Source: Octopus vulgaris (lineage: Eukaryota). From it: a DNA stretch of 64,000 bases. The notes below the pieces were generated by a model. The model saw only the letters and a list, made by a program, of their open reading frames with translations. It was not told where the DNA came from and did not search any database. Each line of letters starts with the position of its first letter. Positions within the stretch are counted from its first letter, which is position 1. Both the position numbers and the translations under genes were made by a program. The stretch is taken from NCBI GenBank assembly GCA_951406725.2, contig OX597816.1:179056001-179120000 (forward strand). The letters run 5' to 3'. Shown here in pieces: positions 1 to 13,166 of the stretch.

Positions 1-1738
1 ATATTTAATTTTAAAAAAAAATTTTTTTTTCTTAAATCTAAGTTGTAGTGAGCAGATTGTTATTAAAAAAATCCATCAACAAAAGATATTTAAATTAGGA
101 TATTTACTACTTTTGTACTAAATTAGTGATGAAGTTAAGCTTCATCAATGATCACTGTTTACAATCAAATGTATTTAACTTGTTTTTGAGCAGAGAATTT
201 TTATAACATTATCTTATTGATAGAGGTTTCTCTAGAAAATGGTAACCATCAAAATGGCTCAATTTCAGACACTTACCAATACATCTTTTCTACCGTCTTC
301 CAATGAACTACCAGCGAATTAAAGAAATAAAATTTAACCCCCTGCCACACACACACACACACACACTGCTATACACATAGAATATCAATTTCATAAGATG
401 TTTTGTAAAGAGATGTAAGAACAAATATTTCTAACATATTTTGTAATAGATAAAATAGGAAAAAAAAAAAAGTATTGTTTGTTTATTCCATAATGTTGAG
501 AAAAAAAAAGTTAACATCAGACCAGCCATTTGTTTTTCATGTCATTGCAATAAAATGATGTTTTCTTGAAATTGATGAATTTTTGTTTTACTCAGACTTT
601 TCACAGGATCAAGGAAACTAATAACAGCCAACATCAGTAAATATTTGTTAAAAATAAAATAAGTTTGAGAAGGTGGGAAATTCTAACACTGAGCAGAATC
701 CTACTTTGGAAAAAAAAGTGTGCTGAAAGATTTCAACTTAAATGGATACACTCCCAACACATTTATCTGCCCCACCTCCCCCAACTTTGTTTTTTCCTTG
801 CCAAACGTCAGAGCCAAACTTTTCTCGTGGCAAATAAACTTGTTTTTAACTTATTTTCATTTCAGTTATATTGTTGTCTCTGTGTAAATTTGTTATATCA
901 CGTCACACCTTCCAACAAATACCATCAAGTGGATCATCCCCTTCCAATCAATCTATTGCAGTAATGACAAGAAAAACGCAAAAAAGAAAAAAAAAAGACC
1001 CCTGTTGATCATGAATCACCATGGGATTGCACCTAGAAAGTTTTCCTTGGGTTGTTTATGGAAGACCAGCAGTTGCCCCATCCAAGGGAAAGGCAGAGGG
1101 AGCTTGGCACCAGTGACATTGCAACTCATTTCTACAGATGAGTGTTTTATGTGCCTGGCAATGACTTTATGGGAGATAATGTGTTTGAACTAAAATAATT
1201 ACAGAGGCAGTCATTAAATCATGTGTACACCATTATATTTATTTTATAATAAATTTTATAACTCAAATGGTTAATAATAAGGGCTGTACAGGCCCTTTAC
1301 AGAGAGGTGATGAATATATATGTGCATATATTCCTACATGTGTACGATGAAGTTCAACAGTTCTGACAGTCAACAGTCAGTATTGGAGCAACATGAAATA
1401 AAGTGTCTTGCTCAAGAACACAACACACAGCCCAGTCTGGGAATCGAACTCACTACCTCATGACTGTGGGCCTGATGCACTAACCACCTAACTGTGCACC
1501 TTCACAAAAGAAAAATACTTCGTCATACCTGCTAAGATTCAGGGGAGGAGGCTTATTGTACGCTGCCAGCTGACCATTCAATCACTAATATTGGTGTGGG
1601 ACAGTTTCACTGTTATGTCAATTGTGTTGCACCTCCTTAGCTCTGCCATTAGTCCACACTCTTCACTATAAACCATCAGTCTTGAAATCATTTGCTGCTG
1701 TTGTCAAGACATCATTGAAAACTTCATTTTTATATACT

Positions 1739-2112
1739 ACTAGCAGTATCGCCCGGCGTTGCTCAGGTTTGTAAGGGAAATAACTATAAAGCATTTTTAG
1801 AGAGTTATAGCCAAAAAATGGGGGAAAAATGGTAAATTTTTTTTTTTTTGAGAGTTAAAAAAGGTGGAGTTGCGTCCCCTAGACGGTCTGTGGTTTGGGT
1901 TTCTGATTCTCGACCCCATGTCGAATTTATCGATTTTTTTCAGAACTGGGGGAACTTTTCAAAATTTTCGCTGCGTTAGTTTTGAATTATGACATTGGGC
2001 TATGTGTGTGTCAAGTTTCATCAGAATCGGTTGAAAGCCGTGGTCAGAGTGAGGGTACGAGAAAACAGACACACAGAAAACGCACAGACAAACTGCCGTT
2101 TATATAGAGAGA
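1739..2112. mobile_element. Non-autonomous Helitron/Helentron-like element
   Basis: Begins ACTAGCAGTATCGCCCGGCGTTGCTCAGG (CTAG plus a short GC-rich hairpin) and is CpG-rich relative to its flanks; ends aaactgccgtttatatagagag. Family assigned by resemblance only. Confidence 0.55.
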
Positions 2113-2114
2113 GA

Positions 2115-3161
2115 AGATATTCAGGTTTCTTTAAACTGAATACACTATAGTAAAATTTGAACCCGGCACTGCAAGCTAACAAAACACTTGTCAAAACATC
2201 AATGGCACTGTTTGCAACGTATTGTGACCCTGTCATGCTTATTTGCAGTTTAGTAGACCAGGCATTTTAAGATTAAAATCTTGACCACAGAGTCAGTGGT
2301 GCCTGCAAGAATAGGATTCTTCTCTTGGTATGATATTGTAGTGGTATCAGCTCTCTATGTATCAACCCTTAAAACACTATAGTTCACCCATTATTAACAG
2401 TTCACTTTTATAGATTGAGATTAATTCTAAGTAAAGTTGACAGAATGGAAAAAAATTTCCAAACTTACATAGATATTTAAAAAAAAAAAAAAAAAAGTCA
2501 GGCATTATATTTTATGTGATGCTAACATAATGAACTGATCATCGCTATAACTTTCATCCTGTTGGCTGGCTATTTCTGAAGCCCCAAGTCCTCTTTCTTA
2601 CCATTAACCACCAGCTAATTTAGCAATGTTATCTGTGTTTACCAGTTAATTTCATATTTCTCCACCAGTTACTTCTTTTTTCAATTCACCTAATTCTCAC
2701 CCACCAAATTGTTTATTTTAAACTATTTTAAACAATTTGTAAACAATAGTGATGGTGGTTACAGTTTACAATGAACCATTATTTGGTTCACTACATTTAG
2801 GACTATGAAAGTGACAAGGGCGTGTCTGTAACTAGGTGCAGAACAACTAACTATACAAGAGATAACATTTGAAAAGCACTGACATCTTTCACAGGCAGGC
2901 AACATCAAAAAAATACAATGGTCTTCCACACAGTTTTTCAACCTATACCTCATAAGTGGAATTTGGTGCACTCGAGGCTATGATAAAACGCTTTTTCAAG
3001 GGACCACACAGTGAGGTCAAACTCAGAACCATGTAGTTGCAAAGTACATCATACAACCATGACAGTACCAGTTTGTATGCGCACACACACACACAATCTC
3101 CTGAATGCAACCATTTTCTTACACAATTCATGTTCTTTAAATCAAAAGAATTCTTAATTGT

Positions 3162-3192
<31 letters not shown>

Positions 3193-5738
3193 CATACTTG
3201 ATTTCCAATATTCAGAACAAAAAGTAGCATACGTTGTAAGACATGCTGATTTCAGTATAATGAAGAGTGTTGAAATAATGGAATATTCTTTATTAAATAA
3301 GATAGGTTTGTGTTGACATGTGCTGCTGCTGATGTGGATGAGGATGATGTTGGGGAAAAAAACAAAACATTTACATAAAAAGGGCAGAAAAATATTCAAG
3401 TGTAATAAAATGAATAACTGAAAAATAAAAGTTTGTTTTTCAACATAGTTGTTACATTAAAAAATATCCTAGAAGTTGATGTTGACTGTAATTATATCAC
3501 ATGGCACAACTGGGAGACAATATTGAAAAAGAAGGGGCAGGGCTGTCGTAGGTACAAATTCCTCTGAAGCCTTGTAAAGCTGTTGCAGCATGCACACACT
3601 TAAAGTAACAGAAAGTAAAAGCTGATAATTTCCTGAAAGAACTTCTTTTAGAGAAAAGATTTTTGATATTTCTCTTACCCACGCTACGGATCCTGTAGAT
3701 AAGCTTGATAAAGAATTTTACATGAACTGACTTCAACATTGAAAGAATTAAGCATCTCCTGCCCAATTATTCTATAGTTTTTTTTTTTAAATACTTTTTT
3801 TTGTTGTTCTTTACTAATCAAAGTTTTACAAACAAACTTGATTTGTTTTACGCAGATAGCTTAATATTTAAGACACCTCAGCAGAATGTGCCTGGGTAAC
3901 AGAGTTAACATAGCTCCCAATAGCATATAACACAAATAACATAATATTTAAAACATCTGCCTGTAAAAATAACATTTCCATAGTGAAAAAAACAAATAAA
4001 ACAAACAAACAAACAAAAATTATCAATAATAAAATTCAACAGCGAAACAATGACTTTAACCATACAAAGAGAACAACGAGGCTTTGTTGATATGGAGGTC
4101 ACCTTGTTGGGTTTGTTAATTCAGAAGGTAGCATATTGAGGATGTTCATTTGGAGGTGATCACTATGGAGATTATGTTACTGGAGATTGAGTAAGTCACA
4201 GTCACATGTCACAGTCAGGGTGTGTTGGCCCATTAAGTTTGTCATAAAGACTATGTTGGATTAGTAGTCACTATATCATGTACACTGATGATATAGAAAT
4301 GATCAGCTTAGAATACACAGCTGCACTCTAAAATAAACTATTCACAGACAGGGCAGAATAGTAACTGTGACTAGAAAAATATTCCAGCAAGTAATCAATA
4401 GTTCAGGTGGAAAACAAACACATTCAAAGCTCTTCAAGTCCCATCTACTGTCAGTCATTCAGTCAAGCACACCTATGTTTTCTAATTTACTTTCAAAATC
4501 CACATTAAATTCCAAATTGATATTTAAACCATCCAAAACAACTTTTTAGTACCAAGCCATTAAAAAAATATCACTTGGTTAAAAAATTAACTGTCCATAG
4601 GCATTTGTTAAAAAAAAAAGGCATTTAAAAAAAAAGTTGCCTTGACTGAATGTGTTTGAAAGTTGTACCCAGAAAATGTACATACTTCCTGTGGAATGAT
4701 GAATACATAAGGGTGGATCCAACTGAAAACAGTAAGAAGATAAAAATGAATAGCTACAAAGCATTAGCTAAAATTGTTTTAAAAAAATAAAATCCAATGA
4801 TATTTAGTTGAGAAATTAAAACTTTCTACATCAACAATAAAAAGATAAATCAAAAATCAAATGTGAAAAGGATTGTTAAATGAAATTGACAATTTGATTT
4901 GGTAACAGGCAATAACATCACTTGATGTGACTGTTTTATTACAACTGAAGTGGCATATTTTTTGTTGTCTTGCTAGAATAGTTGAACTGAGAACCATTTG
5001 AAATATGACAGGATAAATTACAGAACAAATAATAACAGTTCTCTGGAGTCCAGACATAAGGTGTATGAATATTTCAATAGCAACTTTGTCTTTTAACTTA
5101 CATAAAAAGTTAGGGTCAAATGTTGGAAAAAATTACAGCAAGCACAGACAAAATGCTCTTCAATAAATTAAATGTTTCTTAGAGATGAGAGGAATAAAAG
5201 CAGACTCTGTGGAAAAGTAGAAAAATGACAGTATATGTGGTAGAATATATGTAACCAATTTTGCGTAAGTATGTGTGTGCGTGAGTACACAAATATACAT
5301 ATATATATTAAGCAACATTGAGAAAAGTAAATTGTAAGGCATGATCTCAAGTTTGAAGTTTGTGTTTGGTTGGTGTAGATGTTTCATAATTTGTATGGTC
5401 CTGTAGAAGTAGTTTTGAGAAGTAGTCAGAAATTAAAACTGATTGACAACTGGTGTTGTCTCTGGAGAAGTTTTTATGTTACTTTGTTTATAGTTTCACT
5501 GAAATATGTACTTAACGTAGATGAGTACATGTTCTAATCAACAGAACCATCAGGTTGTCTTTTATAAAGTACCTGGGTGGTGGAAAAATACAAAGGAGAT
5601 CCAGTTTTCAGTTTGGAATAAGAATGGATGTTGTTTGAACAGATGACATCACAAGTTCATGGCTAGTCACACTGACACAGGGTGGCCAGCTGTAGTTCAA
5701 CAAACAAACAAAACAAAACAAAGATAAACAGTTTTGCT
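2115..5738 (-). other. Probable long 3' UTR of the ZDHHC3/7-like gene
   Basis: About 3.6 kb directly after the stop codon, nearly free of the SINEs that fill the introns, with U-rich tracts on the minus strand. AATAAA occurs on the minus strand at about 4935, 3289 and 2712 (also 1238 and 482). The true end is unknown. Confidence 0.5.
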
Positions 5739-5897
5739 CTAGACGGCATATTGTTCATGTAGGAGTTTATATCCAAGAGGCTTAGAAAATGGAGAGAACC
5801 AATGCAAACCAAATGGATGACCAAATACTGACTTAATGCTTAACCAACGAGATTTCCGCTCCCAGGTAGCTTGTTCTTTTTTTAGCTGTTCTATACC
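5739..5897 (-). CDS. ZDHHC3: ZDHHC3/7-like last coding exon (GIEQLKKEQATWERKSRWLSIKSVFGHPFGLHWFSPFSKPLGYKLLHEQYAV*)
   Basis: Acceptor ctctttgcag|GGT and TAG stop at 5741-5739. Completes DETGIE (the TTxE-equivalent) and contains the PaCCT-like VFGHPF...WFSPF. Confidence 0.96.
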   Translation of the reverse strand, partial: GIEQLKKEQATWERKSRWLSIKSVFGHPFGLHWFSPFSKPLGYKLLHEQYAV

Positions 5898-6944
5898 CTG
5901 CAAAGAGATTCAATTGTCATCATCAGAATCATATATAAATTTACAATAGTTCTTTAATATGTTATTTCGAGATAACAAAACAGTAGAATGAAACTAACTT
6001 CAAAACAATCTAGAGTTGCTAAAAACATTAGAGAACATGTTTCTTGTCTGATATCAGAACTCTGGGAACATGGCATTATTGGGTCAATCAATTTCAATTT
6101 CGTGAATTTTATTTGCCTGGTAATGACTATCCGAGACAATGCATTTGAACTAAAATAATTACAGTGGCAGTCATTACAGTAATTAAACCAGGTGCACACC
6201 ATTATATTTACTTGTGTTTTATTTGTAATACACACATCTCTACATGTGCAGTATAAAGTTTAACAAGTAATGGAACAGTCAATTAAGTCAATTAAGAGAC
6301 TAAAGATATTAAAAAAACAACAACATAAAAAGCAAGTAAAATTCAGTTACTCAGGGTTTCTTGGTTGGAATAATAAATTCATTTCAATATTTCTGAAGCC
6401 AGTGATGTCAACACGGTGTGTTAGCAACTTTGTATGAGATAATGAAGTTTAAAAGAGCACGGGCAATTTGAAAAGAAATTAAACATAAGAGCCAGGGAAC
6501 TGTGGGTAGTTGAATTCCACATGGTTGGTTTTTGTGTGGTTTTTATTAATACACACACACGCACTGCTGATGGGTAGTCTTCAATTTTTTTCTATTCAAA
6601 AGGGATTTTCAACCAAATATGCCACTACTATATATATATATATATATATAGCTTTATGTGTGCTTCAAGATCTACTATTCCCCACCACCAAAAAAAGATA
6701 TATTTATTTGTGTGTGTTTTTGTATAATGAAGCAGGAATGTCTTTCCTCATAAATCTGCCAGCTGGTCACTGATACCATACTTCACTGTACCTCCAATAG
6801 GGTAGCTCAGAGTATCTGATTAATACAATGAAGTAGACTATCAGTAGTCCAGTAGTAAATATATGATGAAAGACTTTGCTCTATAACAATACATAGAATA
6901 TAAAACAGTGAAAGCAAATATATTCCAAGACATGTTAACATTAC

Positions 6945-7410
6945 CTCTACAGATTTTTTATAGAAATTACAGCCAACAGTAATTTGTTATGATGTTTCAT
7001 ATCTGAATATGTCTAATGTAAACAACAATGTGGTTGAAGATGGAAAAATGGGTAATGGGTGTGTATGCCTTATTTCAAGAGTTCTTGTTCCTTTTTTAGC
7101 ACCATATCCAACCCATTAACCATCCATGAACTCTAAATAGCCACTAAATATAGCAATGTAACATTACTGGATATGCCAATTTTACATATTAAATACATTC
7201 CTAGCAGCTGGTACATATTAATTTCTTGCATGTACCAGCAATAAGGTTGTGGATGGTTAAATAGAAGGAGCAAGAACTCCTGAAATATGCAGAGACACCC
7301 ATTGCCTATTTTCTCATCTTTGATCACACTTGTTTACATTAGACATATTCGGATACAAAATGTCGTAACAAATCAGTGATGGCTATAATTTCTATAGAAA
7401 ATCTGAAGAG
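6945..7410. mobile_element. Diverged fold-back/MITE with ~160-bp inverted arms
   Basis: 6945-~7110 (ctctacagattttttatagaaattacagcc...) is the diverged reverse complement of ~7248-7410. Confidence 0.8.
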
Positions 7411-9144
7411 ATGATCTTAATAGAGATGATCTTAATAGCACTGCTAACACAGCAGGACACAGTATTAACTTATAAAGCATTTAACATACTTTGTAGAATA
7501 CTATGCTTGCATATTGAAATATGGTGTCTCTACAGGTAATTAATTTTAAGATATAATGACTTTATTGCATATTTTTTTTTTAAATCTTTTTTTTTTTGGT
7601 ATTTACATGATAGGGAAAAAATCTGGGAAAGCCTATCTCCCTCCCCAAGAAATTAAATAATATAAAATTTATACCTGAAACAATATTTGTTTATTGTTGT
7701 TGTTCAGCCAGATCATGCAGTCTTTTTTCTTTTTTTAACCCTAAACTCTTTCTTTTTTTCTTTAAGACTGCTAGGTGTGACTTGAGGAAGATTTGGCTAC
7801 TATTTCTATCTAAGCTATTGTATAGAGTCTCCTACATTGGTTTGACTTCAATATTATATATCATTAGAGTATCTAGCATAAATGCAACAAAAACTGATAA
7901 CTGCATTGTGCAAGCATAGCTGCATGGTTAAGGAGTTCACTTTGTAACCACATGATTCTGGGTTCAGTTCCACTGAGTGGTACACAAGGGGCTTCTTTCA
8001 GTTTCTATCTACTAAATCCACTAAGAAAGTTTTGGTTGACATGAAGCTATATAGTAGGAGACACTTGCTGAAGGTGCCTGCCATGCAGTGAGACTGAACC
8101 CAGAACCACGTGGTTGGGAAGCTAACTTCTTACCACACAGCCACACCTGTGCCTTTATATATAAAATATGTATGTGTGTGTGTGTGTGTACATGTGTGTC
8201 TTGTCTTGGAATTGCATGATGGTTGTAAATGATTACCACTGTCATACAAGTAGTGCCCTTTTCCAATCTTCCATGAAAACATGACCACCTCTGAAGAAAT
8301 ATTACCTTAATTGCAAACAGGTGAAGGTTGTCAACATGAAGGGCATCTGGCCATAGAAAATCTGGCTCACCAAATTCTGTCCAGCCCATGGGAGCATGAT
8401 AAAATGGAGATTAACATGATAATAAATAAAGATGATGGTTTATACTGTTTTATTGATCAACAAACAGAAATTAACTAACGATCAGTTACAAGAAACCCTG
8501 AGAAACAGTCTGTGAAGTTTTTCAGCTTCAATAAAACACTATATTTTATTCTACCTTTGGCATTTGGGTACTGTTTTCTCCATCTTGTTTTGCTTTTATG
8601 AGCTTGCATGTTTGTGTGTGTGTGTGTGTGTGACAGCATCTGTATCTGTTTACATTTACACTAGTTGAAAAACTGGTGGTGTGTCCCTTTATGTCCCTTA
8701 ACTTGGTGGTTCAACGAATGGGGATTGATGTCCTACAGCAAGGTACTGAGGGCAAGTGTTTCCAACAAAAGCCCCAGGCCAACCAAAACCTTTTTGAGTG
8801 GATTTGGTAGATGGAAACTGAAAGAAGCCCATCATGTGTGTGTTAACTGTCCCATTGTCTTGACATTGCATGATAGCTGTAAATGAACGTCACCATCATG
8901 AAAGCAGTGTTCTTCATTGCCAATCTTCTGTGTCTGGTCATGGATAAATATTACATTGGCAACAGGTGAGGGTTGGTGACAGGAAGGGCATCCCGGCCAG
9001 AGAAAATCTGCCTCAACAAAATCTGTCTGACCCACGTGGGTACGGGAAAGCTAAACCGATGATGATATCACTGACCTCTCTAACAAGCCAATAAAATGAT
9101 TACTAAATGAAAAGATAAAGAGATGAAAACTAGCTTCAACTTAC

Positions 9145-9275
9145 TGTTTCATCCGTGCATATAGCAGAAAGCTGTGAACCAAACATTATAGCTGTGAAAA
9201 TGCCAAATAAAATTCCTTCAAATATGAGAATTATTAAGAAGACAGTTGTTGCAGGTGGAGAGAAAGCTGGACAAA
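9145..9275 (-). CDS. ZDHHC3: ZDHHC3/7-like exon 6 ([44 protein letters not shown])
   Basis: Acceptor ttctcattacag|TT and donor ACA|gtaagt; 131 nt; FSPPAT, TM4 and ICTDET are characteristic of ZDHHC3/7. Confidence 0.96.
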
Positions 9276-10389
9276 CTGTAATGAGAAGATATTAATTAAA
9301 TACATGAATATGATAACAAACAATGGCTGTACTGATGGAGAATTATTTCACTTATTTCAGTGAGCAATATTTAATATAATGTATTAACATTAATGGAGAT
9401 GAGAGAGGAGCGAGATATGTGATGCTGTACTCAAAAAGACTCACCTATCACAACAGCATTGAGATCCTAAAACCAAGGTGCCACATAAAAAAAACATTGG
9501 TCTGGCTGCTGGTGCCATGTAAAAATCACTGGTGCTGGTGCCATGTTAAAAAGACCCAACATATTTCTGTTAAGTGGTGGGCATTCGGAAGGGCATCCAG
9601 CTGTGGAAACCAAGCCAAGGTAGACTATGAGACCTGGTGTGGCCCCTCGCCTTGCCAGTTCCTGTCAGGCCATCCAACCATGCCAGCATGGAAAATGGAC
9701 ATTAAATGTTGTTGACAATGATGAATGTATTAATATTGGTTTCAAATTTTGGCACAAGGCCAGCAATTTCGGGGGAGAGACCGAAATTGCAGAGACCTCA
9801 GAACAAAAGGATGAAAAGTAAACTCAACTTTGACAGAATTTGAACTCAGAATATAAAGACAGACGAAATGCCACTAGACATTTCGTCTGGCATGCTAATG
9901 ATTCTACCAGCTGCCTTTTATCATAAGAGATTAGTAAATATAAAATTAAAGCTTGCCGCTTAAATATCAATACATATAATGTATTGATATTTGCATTGTG
10001 TGAGTAGTCATGTCTTACAGTAGTGAAAACTCTTTAGTCGTATGGAGTCTGGGGCAGCTCCATCCATGCTGGAGCCCAGAGACTCAAGTACTGCATCAAG
10101 TACAGCTTGTAAAGTAGTTGTTGAATGTGACAAAACAGTGTTTGGGCTGTGAAAACCTTTTAGTCTCATCTTATCGAGGGCAAGAGAATCTCTCTAGTGC
10201 TGGACATATATATAGCACCAATATTACCAGCAAAGGTAAGACGATAATGTCACACAATTCCACAGCCTCGTTTTTAATCAATATCTATAACTCTGATAAT
10301 CTATCTTTCTGAAATAAATCATTGCTTGCTACGAGATGAAAGCATATTTATGAATACATACACAATACAAAGACTGCCTCAAGAAGTCT

Positions 10390-10697
10390 CTAACAGCATG
10401 TCATATTGACCACCAATGCTGGTCAGACCTGGCTGCGGACCGTGATGTCTGGTGCCACACGATCTTCAACGCAGTCAGCAAGTTTGAGGAACAAAGAAGA
10501 GACGCACTTAAAGACAAGAGACGCAGGAGGAAGGCGCGAGCCGCCTCTGACACCACACCGGATGTTACCTCCGTCTGTGGACACTGCACATGGACCTGCC
10601 TTTCCCATATCATACTTGTCAGTGATGAGTGCATGCATGCGACGTGGACAGCCTTCCGATCGTGGACAGCCTTCCTGATCTTCGTTCGCAAAGCCAT
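10390..10697 (+). mobile_element. 3' end of an RTE-clade LINE
   Basis: GC/CpG-rich island resembling an RTE C-terminus (Cys-x2-Cys...His-like) ending tgatcttcgttcgcaaagcc. Contains a local duplication of cgtggacagccttcc and is followed by a long (TA)n. Confidence 0.6.
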
Positions 10698-10709
10698 AAA
10701 AATAAAAAA

Positions 10710-10962
<253 letters not shown>

Positions 10963-11978
10963 CTCCAATGTCAGCATTAGGACACTGTTGCTTTGCCAGT
11001 CATCATTTGCCTTGACCACCGAGAAAGCAGAATTACGTACAGAGAATTTCATAAACAGAAACGAATGGGAAAAAGGTTTTAAATTAAATTTTTAGATTAA
11101 CACTTGCACGATTTTCACTAAGAAAAAAAAATTGGATTTTTTGAGTAGAATCAACTACCCTGGCCTCCTAATATGCTACAAAACCCTTTTTGTGGCCCGA
11201 AAAATGGGGTGTGGTGTGGTGGAAGCTTCAGAAATTTCACACACACCCCCATACCTTTTCATCATCTATTTTTCAATGTACGTGGATAAATACGGAGATT
11301 AAGAATATGGGAAACATTTGTTTTTAATCTCAAATTTACCATGAAAGACTCCAGGCAAATTTTTAGATAACACTCGCATGTTCGGCAGAACAAATGATCA
11401 AGAGAATTCAATGCCTTAGCAAAGTAACTCAAGGGCAAAGGATTCAAGAAGTACCAGGCATGAAACACTTGGCTCTTGAATCATTTTTGTAACTTTCTGC
11501 TAATAAAAAGAATATTACATATACATACCCCAAAACACACACACACACACGTGTGTGTGTATTAATTAATGCGGATATTTTAATTATTACCATATATATA
11601 TTTTTTTTAATTATTGATTAATACATATTAATTATTATTAATTATTTTTAAATAAAATCACTGGCTATTTGTGACAACAGTGATTAGGCATTGAGATTCT
11701 ATGTATATTGCTAATGGAGGAATCGCTATTATCTCTAGCTTTCAGGCATCTACCATTGACAAGGCCAAGGAAGGCTGAAATCATGTGATCAGGTAGTCCT
11801 GGTGGCAATCACAGATGATTATTTCCTGCTAGCAATATAAATATAAGTGCTTATATGCACCACAAGTCAATATGAGAGGTTTACCTCATGATTACTACAG
11901 TACTCTGTGTAAACACAACTTCTGCTTTTAAGTATTACTTTTTGGTATTAATACAGCTTTTGTTGCTATTAATGATAC

Positions 11979-12933
11979 ATCATTTAATATACACAATTAC
12001 AAAAGGGCTACTAATAGTTTCATGCTCTCAGATACATTGAATTGGCAGATTTATATAACATGCCATGTATCTCCAGCAAACTTTCAGCCTCAGTTCATAA
12101 TGTTAGATGAATTTAAAAACCAGGATGATGGACTCTGAGAAGAAAAAAAACACAAAGAAGGTTGATGCAAAAAGTGGAACAGAAAGAAACTTGCATCTGC
12201 TCAACATTTCTCATCTGGAATTAAGCGGTATGGTGAAGTTCTTCAACCTGAAAAGAAAGTGTGGTCTTTCAGTTATGCATAATTTGCATCCCTTTGATTC
12301 ATTCCTATCTGGTGTAGGTTTCTCCACAACGCTTGACTTTATTGCATGTGGTGTGCATTTGATCTTCAGATCCCATACTTAGTGGCCTTATTTTTATCAT
12401 TGTGCCAGAAAGAAGACTGATGGTTTGCATAAGGGCTTTTAAAACTGTCTTTGCATAAACTGATGTAATTTTTCTGCTCAATTAGGTTGTCCTGCCTGGC
12501 CTTCTATCTGCCTGTGTCAGATAGAAGACTGGTGATCTGCATAATGACTTTTAAAATTGAAAGCACTTGGACAGGTTTCTCATGTTGAACTGGAGGAGGA
12601 CACCACCCGCTCTTCATTGAATAGCTATCTCACAGACTTTGGTGTCCTTTTTGTTATATTATTCAGCACCAGCTACATTAATTATGATTTCTACAGTCAA
12701 AAATAGATGGAGATGCTGGTTTTCTTTCCTTTTGTACAACTTCTTGCACCAGCTTTTTTCTTGTTTTTTTCCTCATAGACTAGCATTTTGGTTTTTAAAT
12801 ACATCTAATGTTATGAACTGAGCCTGAAAAATTGCTTGGAGATACATGGCATGTTATAGTGATCTGTCAATTTAATGTATTTTAAAGCATGAAACTATTA
12901 ATAGCACTTTTGTAATTGTGTACATGAAATGAT
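11979..12933. mobile_element. MITE/fold-back element with ~220-bp diverged terminal inverted repeats
   Basis: 11979-~12198 (atcatttaatatacacaattacaaaagggctactaatagtttcatgc...) matches the reverse complement of ~12711-12933. Internal direct repeat agaagactg...gcataa...cttttaaaa at about 12411 and 12523. Confidence 0.85.
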
Positions 12934-13074
12934 ATTTCTCTCTCACTGGATGGGGAACTTTTTTTGTTTATCCTACCTATATTGGAACTAAAAACAAACA
13001 CACATGTGGATATGAGGTAGAAGAAAAATAATGTTTTCTCTCTTATGGTATAAAATTTATTCTATCGTTTGAAC

Positions 13075-13166
13075 TTTTTGCATTTGTATGATTTGCCAAA
13101 ACAGAATCTCATTACTTTACGGAGAGTAATGATATTCTGCTTTGGCAAATAATACAAATGCAAAAA
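13075..13166. repeat. 92-nt imperfect palindrome (hairpin)
   Basis: tttttgcatttgtatgatttgccaaaacagaatctcattacttt-acgg-agagtaatgatattctgctttggcaaataatacaaatgcaaaaa: 44-bp arms with 4 substitutions. Confidence 0.9.

Noticed and set aside
9962-9992. 14-bp perfect AT-rich stem (aaatatcaatacat-ata-atgtattgatattt); also a 10-bp stem at 14263-14283
   Set aside because: Short and low-complexity; plausible by chance or micro-inversion in AT-rich DNA.
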